Source of the DNA: Rebecca billardiae RCC1528
Taxonomy: Eukaryota; Protista; Haptophyta
Assembly (NCBI GenBank): GCA_965240325.2
Contig: OZ251224.1
Span: forward strand, 1,488,001-1,552,000
DNA: 64,000 nucleotides
Direction: 5' to 3'
Part shown: piece by piece, positions 55,629-64,000 of the stretch
Numbering within the stretch: position 1 is the stretch's first letter
How the letters are laid out: every line of letters starts with the position of its first letter
Made by a program: the position numbers and the translations under genes
The notes under the pieces: model-generated
Databases searched by the model: none
What the model saw: the letters and a program-made list of their open reading frames with translations, nothing else
Told to the model about the DNA's origin: nothing

Positions 55629-58600
55629 ATGCTCCACGATGAGGAGATCGTGGAGCCCGCGTCTCGGGAGGTCGTGCAGTTCGCCGGTCTGGTGGTCTTC
55701 CAGCTCGCGCAGGTGGCCCTGTACTTTCTGACCTACTTTGTCATGCGCAGCCGCTTCCCCGCGCTCTTCACGCCCGCGCAGCCGCACGGCGCGCTCTCGC
55801 GCACGCGGGGCCTGTGCTCGTGGTTCGGCGCGCTGCGCGCGATCAGCGACGCGGACGTGCGCAAGGCGTGCGGCGTGGATGGCGTGCTGCACTGCTGGCG
55901 CGTCTACATGCACTTCAAGCTGAGCGTCCTGCTCTTCGTCTTCTCGCTGCCGCTCCTGCCCGTGTACGCCGTCAGCCCGCGCCGCGCCAACGACGAGAGC
56001 TTCGACCGGTACACGCTGACCAACGTGCTGCAGCTCGACGGGCCCGACGTGCGATGGCGGATGTGGGGCACGGTGATCATCGTCTGGCTCAACACGATCA
56101 CCGCGCTCCGCGTGATCGACAACCACGACGCCGACCTCGCCGAGTACATGGTGGACACGCTGCAGCAGAGCCCGCCGATGCACCACTACGCGGTCGTCGT
56201 CACCGACCTGCCCCCCGAGGTGACGCGGAAGGACGTCGCGCGCTTCTTCCAGCGCGTGTACGGCCCAGACGCCGTCCTCGCGTGCCACCCCATCTTCCGC
56301 CTCTCCATCGACCCGCTCGCCTACCAGCGGCGCGGCAGCCGGCTGGGCCTGCACGAGCGGCTGCTGGCACACGCGACGCCGCCAAAGTCGGCGGCGAGGT
56401 TCCTCGGCGGGCTGGTGGACACGCTGGTCTCGTTCTTCGACACGAGCGAGGAGCGCGGCGCCAAGACGCTCGCGCTCAACGCCGACGGCTCGCAGCCCAG
56501 CGCCGCCCTGCGCAGCGCGGTGAAGACGTACGCGCGCGCGCTCCGCGCGCTCGCCGAGACAGAGGCGAGCATCAAGGAGGAGCAGGCGCAGGCGCAGGCG
56601 GAGGCGGAGGCGCAGGCGGAGGCGGAGGCGGAGGCGCAGCCGGCGGCGGAGGTGGAGAGTGGCTCGGCGCTCGGGCCGAGCGCCGAGCCGAGCGCCGAGC
56701 AGGCAGCAGCCACGCCGATCATGGCGGCGTGCAACGCGATGGTCGCAGCCTGCAGCGGTGCCGCCGCCGTCGCCACCGCCGCCACCGCCACCAGCGACGC
56801 GGGTCAGGGCAGCCCCGCCTCCGCCGCCGCCGCCGCCGATGGCGGGGTCGGCGGCGATGGCAGCGGCGGCGGCGGCGGCTGTGGCGAGAGCGCCAGCGGT
56901 GCCGGCGCCGCCGGCGACAACGGCGACAACGGCGACGGGGGCACGCCCAAGCGCGGCCACCGCCGCACGGGCAGCGCCGGACTGGCAGCGCGCCGCGGCA
57001 TGCAGGCAGTCTACACGACCTCGGCCAAGGCGGGGACCGCGGTGTACGCAACCTCGGCGAAGGCGGGGAGCGCGGCGATCGGCGCGGCGAAGCACCTGCC
57101 CCTGCTGCGCACCGACCACGCGCGCGCACTCGCCCGCGCGCTGAGCCAGGCCGAGGCCGCGCGCAGGCTAGTCCTGAGCGCGATCGAGCAGCACCCGGCG
57201 GTGGGCGCGGATGGCGACCCGATCGACAGCGTGGCCGCGGAGGCGGAGAAGCTGGCGGAGGAGGAGGCGGTGGCCGAGGCGGCGGCGGAGAAGGAGGCGG
57301 CGGCGCAGTCGACGACGCACCGGCTGGCGCGCGCGATGCCCGGCCGCCGCTCGACGCGCGCCGCCGTGCCCGCCTCGCCGCGCGCGAGCGGCGCTCAGGG
57401 CTTCCACGGCGCCGCGCTCCACGACGGCGCGGACGGCGGCGCGGCCGACGCCCAGCCGGCGGCGGCGGCAGGCTTCGCGCCGCCCCTCCGCGTCAAGTCC
57501 TCGTTCGGCGGCGCGCTCGGGGGGCAGCTCTCGAGCGCCGGCAGCTCGATCGGCGCGCTCGGCGGCAAGCTGGGCAAGGAGCTGGGCGGCAAGCTCGCGC
57601 ACGGCCTCGGCATGAAGAAGGGCAATGAGAAGCGGCGCAAGGCGGAGGAGCTGCGCACGCCGCGCGCGCGCGCGGCCATCGTGGTGCTCGACACGCTGGC
57701 GCGCGCGAGCGCGTCGGCGAGCGCGCCGCTGCAGCTCGCGGGCGGCTCGTTCTCCAACCCGGGCGAGGAGTGGAACATCAAGCCCGCGCCCGAGCCGCGC
57801 GACATCATGTGGCCACACCTGGAGGAGCTGCCGCCGGCCGTCGAGCGCGGCCACCGCGCGGCGACCGCGCTCGTGATCAAGGTCGTGCTCTACGTCTTCT
57901 GGTCGACGATCGTGATCGGCCTGCAGCTGCTCATCCTCTTCGCGCTCGACCTGGTCGAGGAGATCTCGTCGCCGCGCGTGCGCGTGCTCGTCTCCGCGCT
58001 CTCCGGCATCGTGCCCGTGGTCCTCCAGAACGCGCTGCTCGTGGTGATGGCGATGCTGCTCGAGCAGCTCAGCCTGAGGCTCGGCGCGCTCTGGTCGCGC
58101 TCGCAGCTCATGTACACGGTGCAGCGCGACTACTCCACCTTCCTGCGCATCGTGGCGTTCCTCGTGCCCATCATCTCGGTGTCGTTCGTCGACACGCTCG
58201 TGGACGCGGCGACGCAGCCGCTCGTCTTTGTCGGGCTGCTCGCCGCCAACGTGCCGCGGCGCGCGTACCTCTTCATGGCGTATGTGTTCGTGCGCACGTG
58301 CATGACGGCCACCGAGGCGACGGGCGTCGTGCGCGCGCTGCTGGCGCTGGTGCTGCGCGGCGCGGCCAAGGCGAGCTTCACGCGCGCCGAGGCGCTGCGC
58401 CCGCCGCCGCCGACGCACAGCGTGCGCGCGAGCTGGGACTGCTTCGCCCTGCTCGTCGCGACCACCTTTGCGCCGATCGCGCCGCTCACCGGCGGGTTCT
58501 GCGCGCTGCACGCCGCGGTCGCGCTCATCGCGACGCGGCACGAGTGCGCGTGCGTGAGCGAGGCGCAGTACGACGGGCTCGGCCGGGAGGCGCTGCTCGC

Positions 58601-59282
58601 GGCGCAGCAGGCGGCTGACTCGGTGGTGCTCGCGTTCATCATCCACGCGGCGGTGCTCGCGCTCTCGGGCGTGAGCGGCAACCGGCTGCACATCCTCGCC
58701 CTCGCGCCGCTGCCCTTCATCATCATCAACTTCCGCGTGCGCATGAGGCGGCGGCACACGCAGGGCCTGCACGGCCTGGCGCGCGGCCGGCTGCCGCTGG
58801 CCAACGCGGCCGACGTGGACGCGCGCCGCCCGCGCGCCCGCGTCGTCGAGGCCCACGCCAAGCTCTCGCTCGAGCTGCGCATCTGGGCGCCGCCATCCGC
58901 GCCATCCGCGGGCGCCGATGGGCTGCTGGATACGACCGGCCCGCCCGCCGGCCCGCCCTTCCCACCGCCGCCGGCCGCGGGCACGACCACGCGCCACCAG
59001 CGCATCGGCGACGTGCGGCTGCAGCAGCTGTACGGCTGGACGCGCCGCCACCAGCGCGCAGAGATGATGGAGTACGTGCCGTCGGCGGCTGAGCTCGCGG
59101 CAGTGACGGCGATGAGCCCGAGACCCGGCGGCGAGCCGGCGCAGCCGACGGGCGGTGCGCCTGGCGGCGCAGATGGTGGCGCCATGCGCCGGCGCATGAG
59201 TCGCACCAAGCAGCCGGATGGCGCGACGGGCGCGATGAACGGTGCCCCGTCGCCCTCGAATGCAAAAGGCGGACGCTTGTGA
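55629..59282 (+). CDS. OSCA/TMEM63/CSC1 mechanosensitive cation channel homologue
   Basis: CGVDG, LLPVY..FDRYTLTNV, YAVVVTDLP, FFQRVYG, APEPRDIMWPHL, LAANVP..FMAYV and FAPIAPL, with multiple hydrophobic helices. Confidence 0.9.
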   Translation: MLHDEEIVEPASREVVQFAGLVVFQLAQVALYFLTYFVMRSRFPALFTPAQPHGALSRTRGLCSWFGALRAISDADVRKACGVDGVLHCWRVYMHFKLSVLLFVFSLPLLPVYAVSPRRANDESFDRYTLTNVLQLDGPDVRWRMWGTVIIVWLNTITALRVIDNHDADLAEYMVDTLQQSPPMHHYAVVVTDLPPEVTRKDVARFFQRVYGPDAVLACHPIFRLSIDPLAYQRRGSRLGLHERLLAHATPPKSAARFLGGLVDTLVSFFDTSEERGAKTLALNADGSQPSAALRSAVKTYARALRALAETEASIKEEQAQAQAEAEAQAEAEAEAQPAAEVESGSALGPSAEPSAEQAAATPIMAACNAMVAACSGAAAVATAATATSDAGQGSPASAAAAADGGVGGDGSGGGGGCGESASGAGAAGDNGDNGDGGTPKRGHRRTGSAGLAARRGMQAVYTTSAKAGTAVYATSAKAGSAAIGAAKHLPLLRTDHARALARALSQAEAARRLVLSAIEQHPAVGADGDPIDSVAAEAEKLAEEEAVAEAAAEKEAAAQSTTHRLARAMPGRRSTRAAVPASPRASGAQGFHGAALHDGADGGAADAQPAAAAGFAPPLRVKSSFGGALGGQLSSAGSSIGALGGKLGKELGGKLAHGLGMKKGNEKRRKAEELRTPRARAAIVVLDTLARASASASAPLQLAGGSFSNPGEEWNIKPAPEPRDIMWPHLEELPPAVERGHRAATALVIKVVLYVFWSTIVIGLQLLILFALDLVEEISSPRVRVLVSALSGIVPVVLQNALLVVMAMLLEQLSLRLGALWSRSQLMYTVQRDYSTFLRIVAFLVPIISVSFVDTLVDAATQPLVFVGLLAANVPRRAYLFMAYVFVRTCMTATEATGVVRALLALVLRGAAKASFTRAEALRPPPPTHSVRASWDCFALLVATTFAPIAPLTGGFCALHAAVALIATRHECACVSEAQYDGLGREALLAAQQAADSVVLAFIIHAAVLALSGVSGNRLHILALAPLPFIIINFRVRMRRRHTQGLHGLARGRLPLANAADVDARRPRARVVEAHAKLSLELRIWAPPSAPSAGADGLLDTTGPPAGPPFPPPPAAGTTTRHQRIGDVRLQQLYGWTRRHQRAEMMEYVPSAAELAAVTAMSPRPGGEPAQPTGGAPGGADGGAMRRRMSRTKQPDGATGAMNGAPSPSNAKGGRL

Positions 59283-60028
59283 CTGTGAGCATTAAGCCAG
59301 CATTGTCAGTCACGGCACTGATTCGCACTCAAGGGCCGCACAGCGGCTGGGCGGCACAGCGCACTGATGTGGCGAGACATCACGGACTCAGCTTTCGGAT
59401 TGAGACTCCGACTCATCACAGCTGCTGCTGCTAATACTGTATCTGACATAGATCTGAGCGGCGCTGATGTGTAAGTGTCAGCAGATGAGCAGTGAGTCAC
59501 AGTCACTGAGAGTGAGTCCGGCCCGGACGGCCGACGGGCCCGGTTGTCTCGCCTCTCGGTTAGAGTCCTGGACCTGGTCGGAACATGGCAACTCTCCGTG
59601 TCAGGCACTTGTCGGACGGGCCGAGTTCAGTGACACTGACAGTGATCATCATAACCGTATCGTCTGTACAGACTGTAGTCTGTACAGACGACTGTAACTC
59701 ACTGAGTAAGACGAATGATAAGATTGACGGCGGCCGCCTGGCCGGTGAGGGCCTGGGCGCCTCGGATAAGACGGATTCGCCGACGGTGTTTGTTGATAGA
59801 TACGACGACCGTCGGAACAGCGATTCGTTTCAGTCAGGCCGCTCAGCCCTCAGCACTACAGTCACTCCTGCTAATAGCTATTACAGTATGGTCACCGCGT
59901 GAGGCGGCAGTCCCGGGTCTGCGTCAGGTCACGCGCGCGCGGCCTCCGGACCGCCAGTCCGGATCTGAGGGCTTTCAGCACTGGCAATACGGCGACCACC
60001 CACTGACTTGCAGCACCTGGGACGCGCG

Positions 60029-60477
60029 TCAAGGGTATTGCAGCGCGAGGTTGTCCAGATTGCCGTACGTTATCGCGCCTTTGAAGTAAGTGGACACCAT
60101 GTCGTTTCCACTGTCACCGCAATTGATGAACCATCGCGCGCCGTCAAAGAAGCCGCCCATCCAATGGCTGTCGACCGGGTTGGGATATTGGAACATGTTG
60201 TTGCCCATCATGAACCAGTCGACGCTGGACTCGATGCCAGAGTTGAAGAAGTCGGTCGGCTCGTTGAAGACATAGATCGTGTACCTGCACGCATGTGGAA
60301 TGCCGGGCTAGACCTCACGTAAGGGGGCGGGCGCGAGCAACAGTGCCGCTCACACGATGTGCCGTGCTGTGCGTTGTGCACACGCAGAGCCCGGCGCCGG
60401 ACGTACGCTAGAGGGATGGGTTCGCGAGGACTCTCTACGCGGTATCGATAGTCCTTCAGCAGATGGGCGTACGGCAT
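60029..60477 (-). CDS. Small spliced hypothetical protein (108 aa); exons 60477-60407 and 60284-60029
   Basis: A 122-nt GTACGT..GTGCAG phase-2 intron joins MPYAHLLKDYRYRVESPREPIPLA to YTIYVFNEPTDFFNSGIESSVDWFMMGNNMFQYP..LALQYP*. Exon 2 has coding-like codon usage. Confidence 0.7.
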
Positions 60478-61062
60478 CGCCCGAGGAGAGCAGCGAGCGT
60501 GCGTGCGAAGGACGTCGTCTCGCGGGGACGGAGCAGATGACCGCTTTTACTTTATCTGGCGCCACTGGCGGCGTAGGAAATCATGGAGCGATTTTTCGCG
60601 CACACGGCCCACGGCCGCTGATTAAATCGGGCGACGCGGAGCTTGGAATAACTCATCATGGACAGATCTCATTAGACAGCGATGCGGCAGACGACGAGCG
60701 CGGCCCCAGAAAGTGGCACCGATGCACCCAACACAGTGGCGCCATGCGGCCGGCATGTACGCCACCCCTGCCGGCCAGCCCGACGGCAACCTCTGTGACC
60801 AAAGGCTGCACGAGAGCATGCGGATGCGCAGCTCGCGTCCCAATCATCACGGCACGGATGCTGGCGTGTCGCCTCGTAGAAGCCGCGTTCGAGCGCCCCC
60901 TACGAGTGGCGGCGAGTGCCGCGCGACGACGCGGCGTGACCCGTGGGGCACGCCACGTCCGCTTCCCAGCCTTCCCCCTCCGCGCGCCGCATCTCCCAGG
61001 CGGTCCGAGTATCTGCGAAGAACACAAAGTGGCGAGCGCCAGCGATTAGCGAGCGGCTGCGC

Positions 61063-61392
61063 TTAGATGCTGACCGTCGTCACGCTCTGCAACAGCGAGG
61101 TGATGATCTTCTCCTTGTTCGCGTCCATGCTGATCTGGATGTTGCGCATGGCCGCATCCGTCTCAGACTGGATCTTCTTCGCGTAGTCACCGCTGTCGCC
61201 AAGGCGCTGCGAGCCGTACTTCTGGAACTGCTCCTCGCGCAGCGACCGGTACGCCATGATCTCGTTCTCCGCCTCCTCCTTCGCCTGCTTCAGGCGAAGC
61301 ACCTTGTCCTTCTTCGCCTGCGCCACCACCTCCGACGCCTGCGACTCCGCCTCGAGGAGGCGCTGGATGCCCTTGTTCGCCGGGTTGTCCAT
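61063..61392 (-). CDS. ATP6V1G: V-type H+-ATPase subunit G
   Basis: GIQRLLEAESQASEVVAQAKKDKVLRLKQAKEEAENEI (109 aa). Confidence 0.95.
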   Translation of the reverse strand: MDNPANKGIQRLLEAESQASEVVAQAKKDKVLRLKQAKEEAENEIMAYRSLREEQFQKYGSQRLGDSGDYAKKIQSETDAAMRNIQISMDANKEKIITSLLQSVTTVSI

Positions 61393-61823
61393 GGCTCGCA
61401 AGTGCCACTGCCGAAGGGCTCTCGGGGTGCTCGCCGAGATCACTCCTCAGCAAGTCATCGGGGGGCGCGGGGCCGCCCGATGCGCTTGCGGCCGGGCAGA
61501 AGCGTCCGGATAAAGTCCGATTCCGCGCATCTTGTGAGTCCGGGTTTGCTTCCGGACGGTCGGTATCACGGGAATACGGGATGGCAACTCTCCCGGACTA
61601 CTGGCATCATTGCTGAGCTGGGCTGCTGGCCTTCCGGGACTTGCGCGAAGCCACGCCCGGCAGGGCTGACGCGCGCGTGGCCAAGCGCTGTCGGCGGCGC
61701 AGCTGGTTGCCGCGGCCGCCAGGTGGCGCTACGTGGGGTGCACTCGGCCATAGTGCCCGTTCGCCCGCCGCCGGCGACGCCTGCGCCAAACCTGGTCTGC
61801 ACAGCGCGCACGCAGTGGCGCTC

Positions 61824-63656
61824 ATGCTCGCGCGCGCGCTGAGCACGAGTGCACGCCGGCTGATCCCCGGCGGCCGCCAGCTGCGCGTGCAGCGCGCTCT
61901 GGCGTCCGTCCACCATGCATTCCAGCTGACGAGTGCGCCGTCCTCCTCCCCGCCAGCGCCTCCCGCGCAACGTGTCGTCGTGCCGGCGGCGGGCGATTCG
62001 ACCGACATTGGTGCCATGCTGCACGCGCCGCTCTGCAAGCATGGGAGCCGGGTGCAGCACGTGCTGGACGTGTGGGCGAATCACCACGAGCTATTTCGAC
62101 CAGGGCACCTCGCCACGGCGATGTCCCAGCTCGGGCGCAGCAGGCGCCAATGGCCGCGCGAGGGACTCGATGCGGACGGCACGCGCAGAGTACGTGAGCT
62201 GCTCGGCTCGACCGAGGCAGCGCTGCCGCGGCTGCGCTCGCGTCAGGTCGCCGCCGTGATGTACGCGGCGTCGGTGCTCCCCGATCGAAACGCGCGCACC
62301 CTCGTCGGCCGCGCCGCCGACGCCATGGTCGAGCTCGCGCCGCGCGCGCCGCCGCAGGACCTTGCGGTGGCTGCGCTCGCGTGCGCCAAGGCGGACACGC
62401 GCCACCTGCCGCTGCTCGAGGCGGTGGCGAGCGCGGCGTGCGGCGTGGCCGAGCGGCTCGACGCGCGGGACATCTCGAACCTGGCGTGGTCCTTCGCCAC
62501 GCTCAACGTGCGCGACGAGGCCTTCTTCGCGCGCCTCGCCGACGCCGCGCCCTCAGCGCTCGCGAGGCCGGGCGCGTCCACGCAGGCGCTCGCCAACATT
62601 GCGTGGGCGTACGCGCGCGCGGGCGTCGACGCGGCGGGGCTGTACGAGCAGATCGCGCGGCTCGCGACCGCGAGGCTGGACGAGCTACGGCCGCTTGAGA
62701 TCCCGATGCTCCTCTGGGCGCTCGCCAAGGCCGGCCGCCCCGACAGCCGCCTCTTCGCCGCGTGCGTGCGGCGCGCGTCCGAGTTGCTCCCGCAGATGGC
62801 GCCGCAGTCCATCTCGACACTCGTGTACGCGTACGCGGCGGGCGACGTGCGCTCGGAGGCGCTGCTGGGCGCTGTGGCGGCGCACGTGCCGGCGCGGCTG
62901 CGGCACTTCGGCCCGCAGGCGCTCGTCAACCTCGCGTGGGGCCTGTGCGTCGCCAGCGTGTACCCGCGCGCGCTGCTGCAGACGATCGTCTCGCGCATCG
63001 ACGCGCTGCCCGTCACGCAGCACACGTCGATTGCGTATCTGATGCAGGTGGTGCAGCTGGACAACGCGCTGCGGCTGGAGGCGCCGACGCTGGGCGTGCG
63101 CGTGCACCCCGACGTGCTCGAGGCGTGCTTCGCGCGCACCGCCCTCGACGACCGCGAGCGCGGCCGCCACTCCGACGGCTCGTCCGACCTGCACTGGGAG
63201 GTGTCGGAGGCGCTCGGCCGGCTGCGCGTGCCGCACGAGAATGAGTACACGGTGCCGGAGGTGGGCTACTTCGTCGACATCGGGCTGCCCGAGCGGCGGC
63301 TGGTGATCGAGGTGAACGGCCCGCCGCACTACTTTGCGTACCGCGCGGCGCGCCCCGCGGGCACGCGCGCGAGCCGGGTGCGCGCGCGCACGGCCGACGC
63401 GGTCACGGTGGATGACGACGACGCCGCCTGGCCGCACGGCTCGCCGCCGAGCGCGCGCAAGACGATGAAGTACCGCCACCTGCGGCTGTCGGGCTGGCGC
63501 GTGCTCATCGTGCCGTTCTACGACTGGGCGCAGCTCAAAGGCGACCAGGCCGCGCAGGCCACGTACCTCGAGGAGCGCATCGCCGAAGCGACGACCAGAG
63601 ACGCCGACGAGCGCGCGCGCGCACGCGCCGTGCTGCCGCCGTTGCTGTGGGATTGA
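61824..63656 (+). CDS. Organelle-targeted helical-repeat (OPR/FAST-like) RNA-binding protein with RAP domain
   Basis: Transit-like MLARALSTSARRL. Repeats ISNLAWSFATL, LANIAWAYARAG, PQALVNLAWG. RAP motif YFVDI..IEVNGPPHY..MKYRHLRLSGWRVLIVPFYDW. Confidence 0.9.
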   Translation: MLARALSTSARRLIPGGRQLRVQRALASVHHAFQLTSAPSSSPPAPPAQRVVVPAAGDSTDIGAMLHAPLCKHGSRVQHVLDVWANHHELFRPGHLATAMSQLGRSRRQWPREGLDADGTRRVRELLGSTEAALPRLRSRQVAAVMYAASVLPDRNARTLVGRAADAMVELAPRAPPQDLAVAALACAKADTRHLPLLEAVASAACGVAERLDARDISNLAWSFATLNVRDEAFFARLADAAPSALARPGASTQALANIAWAYARAGVDAAGLYEQIARLATARLDELRPLEIPMLLWALAKAGRPDSRLFAACVRRASELLPQMAPQSISTLVYAYAAGDVRSEALLGAVAAHVPARLRHFGPQALVNLAWGLCVASVYPRALLQTIVSRIDALPVTQHTSIAYLMQVVQLDNALRLEAPTLGVRVHPDVLEACFARTALDDRERGRHSDGSSDLHWEVSEALGRLRVPHENEYTVPEVGYFVDIGLPERRLVIEVNGPPHYFAYRAARPAGTRASRVRARTADAVTVDDDDAAWPHGSPPSARKTMKYRHLRLSGWRVLIVPFYDWAQLKGDQAAQATYLEERIAEATTRDADERARARAVLPPLLWD

Positions 63657-64000
63657 CAACGCAGGCCGGAAGTCATCGGTCAGCGTCGATCACAAAAAAA
63701 TCGTAGTTGGCGGGCGTCAATCTCGCCTGCCTGAGCTGTGTGCGTCTCTTATTCTTAGTAAACTGTAGTCGTCATAATCGACTGCTGTGAGTGCTGTCCC
63801 GCGGATTCTCGCGGCCAACGAGAATCTGAACCTCGCGGCCGATCAATGACGCTCCGCGTGCCGATTGCTCTCGCCGGCGCGAGCGGCGGTCTCGCTCTGC
63901 TGTGGTGGTGGAGGAGGCGCGCAGATCGTGTGAGCGTGCAGGGTACCAATCAGGAGAGCTCTGCTGTCCCTCGATCAGTACCCTCGGCTACCAACGCCGC

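Overview
Eukaryotic nuclear DNA with very high GC, dense genes and few introns. This fits a GC-rich microalga such as a pavlovophyte haptophyte, but that is inferred from composition and gene style only. About 20 protein genes are supported: a partial MORN-MATH-PHD-SUMO-like-ankyrin protein, an RS/KH protein, a PLP aminotransferase head-to-head with a PhyH-type dioxygenase, an IQ-motif protein, a GT-A glycosyltransferase with a methyltransferase-like tail, a ROK fructokinase, pirin, a FUSC/ArAE-like transporter, roadblock dynein light chain, a double HMG-box protein, a giant coiled-coil protein, RPN9, an OSCA/TMEM63 channel, V-ATPase G, a RAP-domain protein, several hypotheticals, and a small spliced gene absent from the ORF track. 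Most long ORFs in the track are antisense or frameshifted shadows of these genes. The most notable non-coding structure is a family of non-autonomous elements: three complete copies and one 5'-truncated copy. They share asymmetric inverted repeats and a 3' GAA-loop hairpin, sit in A|T without target duplication, carry unrelated internal cargo and form one exact head-to-tail junction, which points to Helitron2/Helentron-like rolling-circle elements. Two apparently identical 808-bp TA-flanked MITEs also bracket a 409-415-bp tandem array, and a lower-GC island holds an HMG gene next to a broken, partly duplicated PD-(D/E)XK-like nuclease. All domain calls are by-eye motif recognition; no searches were run.
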